A stretch of DNA of 63,993 nt, the filler included, from Vicugna vicugna (lineage: Eukaryota): NCBI GenBank assembly GCA_013265495.1. It is 73 parts of 72 records of this genome, joined end to end, with 100 filler letters (N's around TTAATTAATTAA, not from the genome) between each part and the next. Parts side by side here need not be neighbours in the genome. Positions count along the whole stretch, not along the records: positions 1 to 949 come from MU062732.1; positions 1,050 to 2,236 come from MU062733.1; positions 2,337 to 3,217 come from PNXW01025803.1; positions 3,318 to 4,076 come from MU062736.1; positions 4,177 to 5,148 come from PNXW01025820.1; positions 5,249 to 5,680 come from MU062741.1; positions 5,781 to 6,420 come from MU062742.1; positions 6,521 to 7,545 come from MU062745.1; 65 more parts are not named here. One strand, written 5' to 3'. Positions within the stretch are counted from its first letter, which is position 1. The number at the start of each line of letters is the position of its first letter. Both the position numbers and the translations under genes were made by a program. The notes below the pieces were generated by a model that saw only the letters and a program-made list of their open reading frames with translations, was not told the origin of the DNA and did no database searches. Of the stretch, positions 1-12,592 are shown one piece after another.

Positions 1-949
1 TTACATAACCATGGAATTCCGTATTCCAAACATGTTTCATACAACGCCGATTCCTGAAACAAGCATTTCTGAGTTGTGAACATGTGCATGACTGATGTTT
101 CAACCATAACATGGTACATATGCACTTTGAAATATTTACTTTGACTTCATAGCTTCTCCCTGTCACCAGTTTCAAGAATCAGACTTTGACCCCAGAAAAA
201 CCCTCTTGGAGCGATTTCTACCCAGAGATATGTAATTTGAATAGATTTCATCAACATGATATTCCGTGTTCTGTACATGCTTCATGAATGACGGATTGGA
301 CAAACAAGCATTCCCGAGTTGAGAACATGTGGATTACTGATCGTTCATCCTCTATAAAAGGAATGTTTTCATTTAGACACGTATACTCATTTTCACAAGC
401 TTTCCCTAATACCAGTTTCGAATTCTTGCATTTTTCACAGAAAAATACTTCTGGAGCGATTTATACCTAACAGATATGTAATTTACATGAATTCCATCAA
501 CATGGNNNNNNNNNNNNNNNNNNNNNNNNNNNNNNNNNNNNNNNNNNNNNNNNNNNNNNNNNNNNNNNNNNNNNNNNNNNNNNNNNNNNNNNNNNNNNNN
601 NNNNNNNNNNNNNNNNNNNNNNNNNNNNNNNNNNNNNNNNNNNNNNNNNNNNNNNNNNNNNNNNNNNNNNNNNNNNNNNNNNNNNNNNNNNNNNNNNNNN
701 NNNNNNNNNNNNNNNNNNNNNNNNNNNNNNNNNNNNNNNNNNNNNNNNNNNNNNNNNNNNNNNNNNNNNNNNNNNNNNNNNNNNNNNNNNNNNNNNNNNN
801 NNNNNNNNNNNNNNNNNNNNNNNNNNNNNNNNNNNNNNNNNNNNNNNNNNNNNNNNNNNACCAAACAAGTTACAGATGCACATTGAAATATTTAATTTGA
901 CTTGGTAGCTTCTTCCTAACACCAGTTTCAAGAATCACATTTTGATACC
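1..949. repeat. Satellite family A (AT-rich, ~247-bp subunits, ~742-bp trimer), reverse orientation; gap 506-859
   Basis: Same motifs as the 60593-61354 scaffold (accagtttcaagaatca, ctcttggagcga, gagttgtgaacatg). Confidence 0.93.
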
Positions 950-1049
950 NNNNNNNNNNNNNNNNNNNNNNNNNNNNNNNNNNNNNNNNNNNNTTAATTA
1001 ATTAANNNNNNNNNNNNNNNNNNNNNNNNNNNNNNNNNNNNNNNNNNNN
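950..1049. other. Artificial 100-bp scaffold linker (N44-TTAATTAATTAA-N44); first of ~72 identical copies, the last with its core at 63663
   Basis: N at 950-993, TTAATTAATTAA at 994-1005, N at 1006-1049. The palindromic core puts TAA in all six frames, and the flanking sequences are unrelated across each copy. Confidence 0.97.
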
Positions 1050-2236
1050 TCTAAATCCAAGTATTAGCGAGTGCGTCTCCATGGGATTTGGAGGATACCA
1101 ACCAAAAACCCACAACATGGGAATACCTGTGCTCCTTGAAATAAGCGTGGACTCTGTATCCCCACCACCAGAACACACATGAAGAAGTTTTCTGCTATCC
1201 TGAGTGTGGGCTGGCAATTTCAGGTGACAGAAGCGGCTGGGTTCTAATAGAATCCCTTAGCTTGTAATCCCTGAGTGTTTCCCTAGGACTGACTCTGAGA
1301 GAACCCTGGGGGTTTGGCTTTGATTCCAAATAGTAGCGAGTGTCCCCGAAGGCCTGAGGAAGTATTTAGATGAATTCTCCTTAAAGGGAAACACCTGAGC
1401 ACCCATTCATCTGCGTGGAGTGGGGCTTCAAATCTCCCCAGCACACAAGGTTGGGTTCCAGTATCCTGAGGGTGGGGTAGTTCCTCCAACTGACATCAGC
1501 GTCTTGGTTTTAATAGAATCNNNNNNNNNNNNNNNNNNNNNNNNNNNNNNNNNNNNNNNNNNNNNNNNNNNNNNNNNNNNNNNNNNNNNNNNNNNNNNNN
1601 NNNNNNNNNNNNNNNNNNNNNNNNNNNNNNNNNNNNNNNNNNNNNNNNNNNNNNNNNNNNNNNNNNNNNNNNNNNNNNNNNNNNNNNNNNNNNNNNNNNN
1701 NNNNNNNNNNNNNNNNNNNNNNNNNNNNNNNNNNNNNNNNNNNNNNNNNNNNNNNNNNNNNNNNNNNNNNNNNNNNNNNNNNNNNNNNNNNNNNNNNNNN
1801 NNNNNNNNNNNNNNNNNNNNNNNNNNNNNNNNNNNNNNNNNNNNNNNNNNNNNNNNNNNNNNNNNNNNNNNNNNNNNNNNNNNNNNNNNNNNNNNNNNNN
1901 NNNNNNNNNNNNNNNNNNNNNNNNNNNNNNNNNNNNNNNNNNNNNNNNNNNNNNNNNNNNNNNNNNNNNNNNNNNNNNNNNNNNNNNNNNNNNNNNNNNN
2001 NNNNNNNNNNNNNNNNNNNNNNNNNNNNNNNNNNNNNNNNNNNNGGCATGCCTAGGCTGGAGAGTGGGGGAAAGTGGGGGTTGGGCTCTAAACCAAGTAT
2101 TAACGAGAGCCTATCCTTGGGATGTGGGTTTTCAACCTACAACACACAACTATGGAATAAATGTCCCCCCTGAATGATGCTTTGACAGTTTCCCTACTTC
2201 CAGCACACACGCGAAGAAATGTTCTGGTATTCTGAG
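1050..2236. repeat. Satellite family D (~263 bp, diverged relative of B); gap 1521-2044
   Basis: Recurring tatcctgag..tggg..cctccaactgaca..gc..gggttctaatagaatcc motifs, shared with 39249-40024. Confidence 0.85.
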
Positions 2237-2336
2237 NNNNNNNNNNNNNNNNNNNNNNNNNNNNNNNNNNNNNNNNNNNNTTAATTAATTAANNNNNNNN
2301 NNNNNNNNNNNNNNNNNNNNNNNNNNNNNNNNNNNN

Positions 2337-3217
2337 AGTCCACGCAGCTCTCTTCAGTCACAGGTGTTCCCTGTTCGCGGATTCCAAGAAATAACTTCCC
2401 TGACTTTGGTGAGGCAGCCTCTGATGCTGGGATATCCTGCAATTAACCCTAGAATTCCCTGGCACAGTGACATTAGGAAAACCCTCCGGGGACACGAGCT
2501 TAGGCATTCCCTTAGAACCTACGTACTGCCTACCGTTGTTAGAACCTCCCCACGCTCAGGATTCCGGAATCATTGTCAGTGCGTGGGGAACTCGAGAGAC
2601 AAATCCCCGCAGTTCTCTTCAGTCACAGGTGTTCCCTGTTCGCGGAATTCCGAGAAATAACTTCCCTGTCCTTGGGGAGCCAGCCTCTGACACTGGGATA
2701 TCCTGCAATCACCCCTAGCATTCCCTGGCACAGGACATTAGGAAAAACCTCAGGGGAGACGAGCTTAGGCATTCCGATAGAACCCACGCGCTGCCGACTG
2801 TTGGTGGAACCTCCGAACGCTCAGGATTCCGGAAATTCAGTGCGGGGGAGCTCGAGAGACATCTCCACGCAGCTCTCTTCAGTCACAGGTGTTCCCTGTT
2901 CGCCAAAGTCCGAGAAATACATTCCCTGACCTTTGGGAGGCAGCCTCTGACACTCGGATATCCTGCAATCAACCCTAGCATTCCCTGGCACAGAGACATT
3001 AGGAAAACCCTCAGGGGAGACGAGCTTAGGCATTCCGATAGAACCCACGCGCTGCCGACTGTTGGTGGAACCTCCGAACGCTCAGGATTCCGGAACCATT
3101 TTCAGTGCGTGGGGGAGCTCGAGAGACAATTCCACGCAGCTCTCCTCAGTCACAGGTGTTCCCTGTTCGCCAAAGTCCGAGAAATACATTCCCTGACCTT
3201 TGGGAGGCAGCCTCTGA
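2337..3217. repeat. Satellite family B (GC-rich, ~267-bp monomer), ~3.3 copies
   Basis: agtcacaggtgttccc starts at 2356, 2621, 2881 and 3148 (spacings 265, 260, 267). A CTCGAG (XhoI) site occurs once per monomer. Confidence 0.95.
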
Positions 3218-3317
3218 NNNNNNNNNNNNNNNNNNNNNNNNNNNNNNNNNNNNNNNNNNNNTTAATTAATTAANNNNNNNNNNNNNNNNNNNNNNNNNNN
3301 NNNNNNNNNNNNNNNNN

Positions 3318-4076
3318 TTCTGGGCTCTCTATTCTGTTCCTTTGGTCTATATGTCTGTTTTTCTACCAATACTATGCTGTCTTGTTGACTGTAGCTCTAT
3401 AGTATTGTCTGAAGTCTGGGAGAGTTATTCCTCCAGCCTCTTTCTTTCTCTTCAGTAATGCTTTGGCAATTCTAGGTCTTTGATGGTTCCATATAAATTT
3501 TATTATGNNNNNNNNNNNNNNNNNNNNNNNNNNNNNNNNNNNNNNNNNNNNNNNNNNNNNNNNNNNNNNNNNNNNNNNNNNNNNNNNNNNNNNNNNNNNN
3601 NNNNNNNNNNNNNNNNNNNNNNNNNNNNNNNNNNNNNNNNNNNNNNNNNNNNNNNNNNNNNNNNNNNNNNNNNNNNNNNNNNNNNNNNNNNNNNNNNNNN
3701 NNNNNNNNNNNNNNNNNNNNNNNNNNNNNNNNNNNNNNNNNNNNNNNNNNNNNNNNNNNNNNNNNNNNNNNNNNNNNNNNNNNNNNNNNNNNNNNNNNNN
3801 NNNNNNNNNNNNNNNNNNNNNNNNNNNNNNNNNNNNNNNNNNNNNNNNNNNNNNNNNNNNNNNNNNNNNNNNNNNNNNNNNNNNNNNNNNNNNNNNNNNN
3901 NNNNNNNNNNNNNNNNNNNNNNNNNNNNNNNNNNNNNNNNNNNNNNNNNNNNNNNNNNNNNNNNNNNNNNNNNNNNNNNNNNNNNNNNNNNNNNNNNNNN
4001 NNNNNNNNNNNNNNNNNNNNNNNGAGTATGCTGAATAGGAATGGTGATAGTGGGCAGCCTTGTCTTGTCCCAGATT
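3318..4076 (-). mobile_element. LINE-1 ORF2 fragment (relatively young); gap 3508-4023
   Basis: Typical L1 ORF2 antisense text (ttctgggctctctattctgttcc...tttggcaattctaggtcttt; gggcagccttgtcttgtcccagatt). Confidence 0.9.
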
Positions 4077-4799
4077 NNNNNNNNNNNNNNNNNNNNNNNN
4101 NNNNNNNNNNNNNNNNNNNNTTAATTAATTAANNNNNNNNNNNNNNNNNNNNNNNNNNNNNNNNNNNNNNNNNNNNTTTTAAACTATCTTTCAGTGTTTT
4201 TAAAGTTATTCAGCAATGTTCCACCTTTAGAATTCTAAGAAAATCACCCCCGTATCTAGTGCAGTTTGTACTGTGTATCCTCTTATTCATGGAATCCCAC
4301 TGTCCGCTCAGTGAGGAATTTCCTCTCCTACTGAGGTAGTAGCAGCGCTACAGGGACATGGATTTCTAGGCCTTTGCTCTCCATGTGTTTGCAGTTGGCT
4401 GTCAGTCACGAATTTCCCTTTCTAGGGTTTTCTTTGTTCAATTACAATTTTTGAAAATAACTATTAATATGTTGCATTGGTCTCCCTAGAAACTTGATGT
4501 GTTTGTGCTTTCCAGTTTTCAATTTATGAAAAATGTAAATGCACTCTTGTTTTTAAGTAGTCATTTTTCACTAGATATTTATTTACCTCTTAATTGTTAA
4601 TTTTTTTCCCAATGAATGAATCGGTGTGCATGTTTTAAAAGATACATTACTTTTTATTTTCTTATTGTAACAGTTATTTTCATTGTAGAGAATTTACAAA
4701 ATAAGGATAAACACAGTAAATAAGTTTAAAATGGCCTGTAATCTCCTCACCTGGAGATACAGGTGTAAGTTTTGAAATTGAGAATAACAAGTCCTCTCA

Positions 4800-5060
4800 C
4801 ATTGTTCTACTTACTCAAGATCGCTTTGATTACTCAGAACCTCGAATTCCACGAATTCCCATATGACTCGTAGCAGGAGCTAGTCAGTTATTGCAGAGGA
4901 GCCAGATGGGATTGTGATCGAGACCACATTGAATGCACGGATCACTCTGGGGAGCACTGCCATCACAAGAGCATTGTCTTCTGACCCAGGAATGAGCATG
5001 GTGTGTCTGTCCAGGTGTTTAGGTCTACTTTAATTTTTTTCAACAATGCTTTGAGTTTAC
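4800..5060 (-). mobile_element. Old L1M ORF2 fragment
   Basis: Degenerate match to L1 antisense motifs (ttgttcta..ctcaagat..ctttg; gggattgtgat...cattgaat..acggatcactctgggga). Confidence 0.55.
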
Positions 5061-5248
5061 AGAGTATTTTTTACTTTTTTTTTGCCTTTATACTGAGGAA
5101 AATTTTGTAAGGCACCGGGATCAGAAGTGTATTTGAGCCCCGCCCTTTNNNNNNNNNNNNNNNNNNNNNNNNNNNNNNNNNNNNNNNNNNNNTTAATTAA
5201 TTAANNNNNNNNNNNNNNNNNNNNNNNNNNNNNNNNNNNNNNNNNNNN

Positions 5249-5680
5249 CTACCTGGGAATAACTGTACCCCCATAAAGATGCATGAACTCAGTATCCCCA
5301 CTTCAAACACACACGAAGACGTGTTCAGGTATCCTGAGTTTGGGCCGGCAATTTCAAGTGACAGCACCGCCTGGGTTCTAATAATATCCGATAGCTTGTA
5401 ATCCCTGAGTGTTTCCCTAGGCCTGGCTCTGANNNNNNNNNNNNNNNNNNNNNNNNNNNNNNNNNNNNNNNNNNNNNNNNNNNNNNNNNNNNNNNNNNNN
5501 NNNNNNNNNNNNNNNNNNNNNNNNNNNNNNNNNNNNNNNNNNGGAGTGGGGATACAGAAATCCCCCTCCCACAAGACTGGCTTCTGGAATCCTGAATTGG
5601 GAAAGATCCTCCAACTGACATCAGTGCCAGAGTAATAGAGAATCCTTAACATCTCTTCCCTGATGGATTGCGTAAGCTGG
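5249..5680. repeat. Satellite family D
   Basis: caggtatcctgag...gcctgggttctaataatatcc and cctccaactgacatcag, as in 1050-2236. Confidence 0.82.
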
Positions 5681-5780
5681 NNNNNNNNNNNNNNNNNNNN
5701 NNNNNNNNNNNNNNNNNNNNNNNNTTAATTAATTAANNNNNNNNNNNNNNNNNNNNNNNNNNNNNNNNNNNNNNNNNNNN

Positions 5781-6270
5781 CTGAGGACGTGCCAGGCTGT
5801 TTTCCAAAGTGGCCACGCTGTGTTAACGTCCTCACAAGCAAGGGCTGCGCGCTCCGCTTCCTCTGTGTCCTCGTTAGTGCTTGTTACACTTATTTTGATT
5901 ATAACCTATTGTAGTGAGTGTGAAGCGGTTTCTCCTAGTGGTTTTGACTTGATTTCCCTTACAGCTAATGATATTGAACATCGTTTCATTGTGCTTATTG
6001 GCCATTNNNNNNNNNNNNNNNNNNNNNNNNNNNNNNNNNNNNNNNNNNNNNNNNNNNNNNNNNNNNNNNNNNNNNNNNNNNNNNNNNNNNNNNNNNNNNN
6101 NNNNNNNNNNNNNNNNNNNNNNNNNNNNNNNNNNNNNNNNNNNNNNNNNNNNNNNNNNNNNNNNNNNNNNNNNNNNNNNNNNNNNGATGGTGCCCAGAAA
6201 AGTTTTAAATTTTAATGAACTCCAATTTATCTCTGTCTTCTTTGTTCCTTGTGTTTTTGGGGTATTACTT
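5781..6270 (-). mobile_element. Old L1M 3' ORF2 fragment
   Basis: tgccaggctgttttccaaagtgg...gtggttttga...tttccct...gctaatgat.ttgaacat..tttcat.gtgcttattggccatt is the L1M antisense signature. Confidence 0.72.
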
Positions 6271-6334
6271 AAAATCTGAGGTATTTTATTTAAACTTGTA
6301 TATATAAAATAACTTAATTCATAGGACCGTTCTA

Positions 6335-6420
6335 GGAGATGGGTGCTGTTGCTGTCCTCAGTCTATGGATAGGAGACTGAGATGCAGAAAATTTCATTGT
6401 AATATCAGTGTCACAGCTAC
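6335..6420 (-). mobile_element. MIR SINE fragment
   Basis: Degenerate MIR core (gtcctcagtctatggataggagactgagatgcaga...gtcacagcta). Confidence 0.45.
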
Positions 6421-7645
6421 NNNNNNNNNNNNNNNNNNNNNNNNNNNNNNNNNNNNNNNNNNNNTTAATTAATTAANNNNNNNNNNNNNNNNNNNNNNNN
6501 NNNNNNNNNNNNNNNNNNNNCCCGGGGGCATTCACAGAAGATGCAACAAAGGCAAAGTGAGGCTACATAATTTGCCCAAGAAATCATCTTCAACCCCCAA
6601 CAGAGTGTGTCATGTCCCTCTGTTTAACTCTTATTCTAACAAGTTAACTTTTTGTAGATTATGTTTATAAACAGATGAGAAATCAAAATACATACAAGGA
6701 CACATATCAACTCTAAGATATTCATTAACTCCACTATTTTGTTTCTATTTATTTTATTTCTATTAAAAAATTTAAGAAACCCTGCAATCAATATAGCAAA
6801 ATGTTACTGGGTTTTAAATCCAGAATATAGAGGGGTTAAGTGTGTCATTACTCATCCTTATATGTATGTTCACAAGATAAAATTATTTGAAAGTCTCTCT
6901 CCCCTCTCCCTACTCACTACTGGCTCTCACCTGAGCTCCCAGACCACACATCTAACAACTTTTAACTTTACCCACAGCTGAACACATCAGTTTTCCCCCN
7001 NNNNNNNNNNNNNNNNNNNNNNNNNNNNNNNNNNNNNNNNNNNNNNNNNNNNNNNNNNNNNNNNNNNNNNNNNNNNNNNNNNNNNNNNNNNNNNNNNNNN
7101 NNNNNNNNNNNNNNNNNNNNNNNNNNNNNNNNNNNNNNNNNNNNNNNNNNNNNNNNNNNNNNNNNNNNNNNNNNNNNNNNNNNNNNNNNNNNNNNNNNNN
7201 NNNNNNNNNNNNNNNNNNNNNNNNNCCCTACTTGAGACAAATGGGATTGTGTCACTCCCACGCTTTTTGGACTCTTTTCAGACCCACTGTTCATAGAAGA
7301 AACTCCAATTTCTTCACCTGGTGAAGGTGTTTGCCATGAAACTGTCAGCTCATGGAGGGCAGGGCACGCCCTCTCCCCTCAGCCCCACTCTTTGGCAGAG
7401 CATCAGCTTGGGAGGACCTGCTGAGCTACATCAGCCTGTAGCCTAAACCTGGTCTTGAGTTCTTAGCAAACTGCTTCACTTATCCATAAATATTCAAGGA
7501 AGATAAGAAAGATTTTAGATGTTGAGCTAGACTATTCATTTGGGGNNNNNNNNNNNNNNNNNNNNNNNNNNNNNNNNNNNNNNNNNNNNTTAATTAATTA
7601 ANNNNNNNNNNNNNNNNNNNNNNNNNNNNNNNNNNNNNNNNNNNN

Positions 7646-8475
7646 TTTCCTTTTACTGTATTTCTTCATCTCTACTGGTCAGGTTATTTCTGGTATCTAA
7701 AGTAGACTTCTAGGGCTTGGTTATGTGAAAACTTTAGACTCTTGGCTCTGCACAATTGCATGGGATTTCTGTGCGGACAAGTTTTCCTACACATTGATGC
7801 CATGTCCTGTTCCTGTGTGTGATGTCTGGTATATCTCCAATTGCTGGTGTTGCCTTTGTTGTGATGAACCCCCCATACTATTTCGATAAGGATAACCTCA
7901 TTTTGATTACGCTTATCTCACAAATCTGAAAGAGCACAGGACACTTCCTCTTTTGGAAATGGAGCTTCTAAAATTTCTCAGATCTGCATTGCACTCTATT
8001 TTATTTTGGAGTGTTTCCAGAAGAGCAGAGTGTGAGTGCGCTTGTGCTTTGTAGTGCCACGGGAATGTCCCACTGAAACCAGTTCTTCCAAGAGCTTCTC
8101 TGTCTACAGAAACACCAGTGGAAGCATATCTATGGATGTCACACATCAGGGCCTGCTGGAATGATCCCGCAGCCCGAACTTGGTGTCCTCGCTGCCGAAC
8201 CGTGCCGGTGCCATCCAAAATGTAGCATCCGCTTTTGAGAGATAAACTGAAGGAAATCCTTCCTCTNNNNNNNNNNNNNNNNNNNNNNNNNCTTGTGGCA
8301 CCACGAAGGCAACCACAGAGCTGTTGCACAACCTGTGCCTCAAACCAAACCATAATCACAGCCCAGGTTATGAATGTAGCAGATCGTAAGGCTTTTCATT
8401 CTGAATTCAAACCCAAGGCCCCCTGGATCAATCAGACCCGATGCACAATATCTCTGATTCAGCCCCACACATGCT
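7646..8475. repeat. Unclassified multicopy sequence F, copy 1
   Basis: About 7990-8475 aligns co-linearly with 19871-20373 (e.g. atctatggatgtcacacatcagggcctgctggaatg is identical). Confidence 0.85.
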
Positions 8476-8575
8476 NNNNNNNNNNNNNNNNNNNNNNNNN
8501 NNNNNNNNNNNNNNNNNNNTTAATTAATTAANNNNNNNNNNNNNNNNNNNNNNNNNNNNNNNNNNNNNNNNNNNN

Positions 8576-8760
8576 GAGCGTGTGCTTAGCGTGCACGGGG
8601 TCCTGGGATTAAGCCCCAGGTACTCCACTAACAGATAAATACACCTAATTACCTACACCCCCAAAAGAGCCCCAAAGAAAAGAATAAGAGAAATTCTTTT
8701 CCAAAAAACCTTGATATTAAATTTGGATTAAATACTTACCAAAAAAAAAGAAAAATAGAA
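8576..8760 (+). mobile_element. Camelid Vic-1-type tRNA-derived SINE, cut at the 5' end by the scaffold edge
   Basis: gagcgtgtgcttagcgtgcacggggtcctgggattaagcccc...acctaattacc...cccc followed by an A-rich tail; homologous to 49877-50035. Confidence 0.75.
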
Positions 8761-8774
8761 AAGATAAGTGACAC

Positions 8775-9188
8775 TGCGAGCGAAGGAAAAGCCCAGCTGG
8801 GCTAACAATCTAAGTCACAAATCTAAGTGTGATAAGTGTTGGTTTACTGATCTAAGTTTTTCTGGGCTAACTCGTAAATCTGAAGTTTATTGTCAGTTTA
8901 CTGGGCTAACAAGCTAACTCGTAAATCCAAGGTCAACAATTGTCAGTAACGTGATCTGTTCCAAATTGATAAACCTCAGTGTACTGATTTCTTGCTTTTT
9001 CTTGTTTGAGCCTTATTAGACAATAGCCAAATACTTTTAATTACCCCTATAAAACCTCATGTGCAGGTCTTGGAGGTGCTCAGAGCTTCGGAGCAGAAAA
9101 CCCTCTTAGCCCGCCTGCGTAATAAATCTCAGTACTCCTACCCTCCGGGTGGTGCTTTTTTCTTGGCTGACCTGTTGTTTCCGTAACA
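8775..9188 (+). mobile_element. Solo ERV LTR (414 bp) with 4-bp target-site duplication ACAC, probably ERV1 class
   Basis: TG at 8775 and CA at 9187-9188; ACAC at 8771-8774 and 9189-9192; TATAAAA at 9048; AATAAA at 9121; ctgggctaac direct repeats at 8797, 8862 and 8901. Confidence 0.75.
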
Positions 9189-9527
9189 ACACAAGCAATA
9201 ATGCCCGTGAGATAAATCTGTAGTGGCTGCTGGCAGGTCCCCATGTCTCTCGTGGGAAAATCTGAAACATCCTTCTCACCAATCAGAGTCATCATAAGCC
9301 CACCCCACACCTCCCGCTGTTAAATGCAGGAGCACAGGCCGGGCTGGCCTTTGCTCTCTCTGTGTCAAAACAGTGAGACAGTATGGAAAGGGGCAAAGCA
9401 CAGCCATTCAAGTAAGGCCACATCAATNNNNNNNNNNNNNNNNNNNNNNNNNNNNNNNNNNNNNNNNNNNNTTAATTAATTAANNNNNNNNNNNNNNNNN
9501 NNNNNNNNNNNNNNNNNNNNNNNNNNN

Positions 9528-10709
9528 ATTTGAATAGATTCCATCTACATGATATTCCGTGTTCATTACATATTACATACGTAACTGATTTGACACACAT
9601 GCATTCCTGAGTTGAGGGCATCTGGATTACTAATCTTTCATCCTCTATAAAAGGACTATTTTCATCTAGACACGTGTACACATTTTCACAAGCTTTCACT
9701 AACACCAGGTTTGAATTCGTGCATTTTTCACTGAAAAATACTTCAGGAGCGATTTCAACCTAAGAGATATGTAATTTCCATGAATTCCATCAACATGGCA
9801 TTCCGGGTTCCGTACTTGCTACATGCATGATGGATTCGGGATACATGTGTTTCTGAGTTGTGAGCATATGGATTACTGAACTTTCATCCACGAAACAAGT
9901 CATATAAATCCACGAAACATATATACCCTTAGAAATATTTACTCTGACTTCATATGTTTTTTTCTATTACCAGGTTTTAATCAGAGGATTGGCACCAGAA
10001 AACACTCTTTGAGCGAATATTCACAAACTAAGATGAATTTAAATTTTTTACATAACCATGGCATTCCGTATTCTGAACATCTTTCTTGCATCACGGATTC
10101 CTCAAACATGCATTTCTGAGTTGTGAACATTCGCATGACTGATGTTACAACCACGAAAAAAGTACCTATGCACTTTGAAATATATACTATGACTTGGTTG
10201 TTTCTTCCTATCACCAGTGTCAAGAATCACACTTTGATCCCCGAAAAACCCTCTTGGAGCGAATTCTAACCTAGAGATATGTAATTTGAATAGACTCCAT
10301 CTACATGATATTCCGTGTTCATTACATGNNNNNNNNNNNNNNNNNNNNNNNNNNNNNNNNNNNNNNNNNNNNNNNNNNNNNNNNNNNNNNNNNNNNNNNN
10401 NNNNNNNNNNNNNNNNNNNNNNNNNNNNNNNNNNNNNNNNNNNNNNNNNNNNNNNNNNNNNNNNNNNNNNNNNNNNNNNNNNNNNNNNNNNNNNNNNNNN
10501 NNNNNNNNNNNNNNNNNNNCAGATATGTAATTTACATGAATTCCAACAACATGGCATTCCGGGTTCCGTACATGCTACATGCATGACAGATATGAAAACA
10601 TGAGTCTCTGAGTTGTGAGCATGTGGATTTATGAACTTTCATTCACCATACAAGGAATATATAAACTTAGAAAGATTTACTCAGACTTCATAGGTTTTTT
10701 CTATCACCA
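9528..10709. repeat. Satellite family A, more than one full trimer
   Basis: atttgaataga recurs at 9528 and 10284 (756 bp, including a local duplication near 9886-9919). Confidence 0.94.
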
Positions 10710-12019
10710 NNNNNNNNNNNNNNNNNNNNNNNNNNNNNNNNNNNNNNNNNNNNTTAATTAATTAANNNNNNNNNNNNNNNNNNNNNNNNNNNNNNNNNNN
10801 NNNNNNNNNCTTCAAAGTCAGCACTCTGATGGGTTCAGCAGCAGTGTGATTTTGCAGATTTCCCAGCTTCTTCTTATGGTCTGATAAGTATGACACTCTT
10901 TCCATGTGTCTATCCTTAGATGGAACCAGGTTTCGGTAATACATGTGATTAAATCACTAATTATTCATGGTTACCAAGATTCCAGGTAATTTTGGTTATT
11001 AAGTTATTAATATTTCATGATGAAACCAAAATAAAGATGTGTTCTCCNNNNNNNNNNNNNNNNNNNNNNNNNNNNNNNNNNNNNNNNNNNNTTAATTAAT
11101 TAANNNNNNNNNNNNNNNNNNNNNNNNNNNNNNNNNNNNNNNNNNNNCACTTGGGAGGCATGGATGTGAATGCAACACGCAAGTAGTGCGGCAGACTGGT
11201 ACCAGACACGGGGCCTGGCTAGTTTCCCACCGCTGCCCTTCTCCCCCTTTAAACTTGCACTGTTCCCCCTGGTAAGGGTGAAGCCCCCGGAACAGACTGC
11301 CCGATTTTTCTGTGTATCCCCGGATACATACCTTACCCTTAGGAGGCCAGAAAAACAACTGCGTCCTCCACAGTCACTATCAATGTTCTTAAGAGTCTGG
11401 NNNNNNNNNNNNNNNNNNNNNNNNNNNNNNNNNNNNNNNNNNNNCACCTTTCTCTGGCTCCTCTCCCAGTGCCCATTCTTTCTCACCTCAAATCTTCTGT
11501 CTGATCGCCTTTTGTTCATGGGAAAGAGAGTCCGCTAGGGTGCGGACTCCCTAGGCTTCTGTCCCTTCCTCACAGGAGAGTGTGACTACATTCTCTCAAC
11601 TCCCCACTCCGACTCCAGCTTCTGAGGAGGTTCCCCTCCTGNNNNNNNNNNNNNNNNNNNNNNNNNNNNNNNNNNNNNNNNNNNNTTAATTAATTAANNN
11701 NNNNNNNNNNNNNNNNNNNNNNNNNNNNNNNNNNNNNNNNNTATTTTGGTTGTGTCTCAAAATATTCTTATGATAGTAAATGTCTTGGGTTTTATCTTTG
11801 ACATTATTCTTAGAAATACTTTCTTAAAATGGAATAATTCTCTTCTGTAGGTTTTTTTAAATCTCTTAGATGGAGATGATATTAGTACTTGTTAATGTAG
11901 GGGTAAGTTGAGTTAATAAGAATAAAGTATTTTGTTTGCTCTTATTAGTACTTTTTTAACATTTACATCACTGTCTGTAATTTATCTTGTGGTCCTTATG
12001 AGGGGAATAGAACTTATAC

Positions 12020-12592
12020 TTTCCAGGTGATTCTCTGATTGTCCCAGGACAGTTATTTAATTCATACATTTCTCTTTGATTTGAAATCCCACCTGTACAA
12101 AATACTTATGTACACTAGAGCCTATTTTTGAGCTCATGGTTCCCTTCTGTCAATCTGCCTTTCTTACTCCAGCACCATATCTTACATATTGTAAAAATTT
12201 ATTTAATAAATGTCAGTCTGAAATTTTTTTGATTCTTTTCTTCCATCCCAAATTTTCTTGTCTAGTATTATGACTTTATTATTCCTGAAGAATTCCAAAA
12301 TATTTTGTTAAAGTTAACAAAAATCAGATTGGAGTTCTCATGGGAATTTTTAGTAAGTTTTGAATTATTCTAATGAGAACATACATCTTTAAAAAACTGC
12401 TTTCCTCCATGCAATTTGTTGATGTCTCTACATTCACACCTCTTACTTTACCCCTCAGTAATTTGAATTTATTCCAGATTATTTATGTTTTTGTCAATTT
12501 TGTAAGTGAGAATTTTTTGCTATTGTATTTGTACATGCTTAAAACTTACTTTTAGAAAGGAAGATTCGGTTTGTAAATACTCACTTTGTAAC
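12020..12592 (-). mobile_element. Highly degenerate L1M (L1ME-like) ORF2 fragment
   Basis: Remnant antisense L1 motifs (gattgtcccaggacagttattt; ctccagcaccata; gattggagttctcatgggaatt). Confidence 0.45.

Noticed and set aside
406..2055. Long ORFs made mostly of X (here and throughout the ORF track)
   Set aside because: They are read-through across N gaps and carry no coding information.
11148..11641. Minus-strand KNGHW...NIDSD text faintly like an ERV gag zinc knuckle and gag-pol junction
   Set aside because: The knuckle cysteines and the protease D(T/S)G motif are not found in register; too weak to call.
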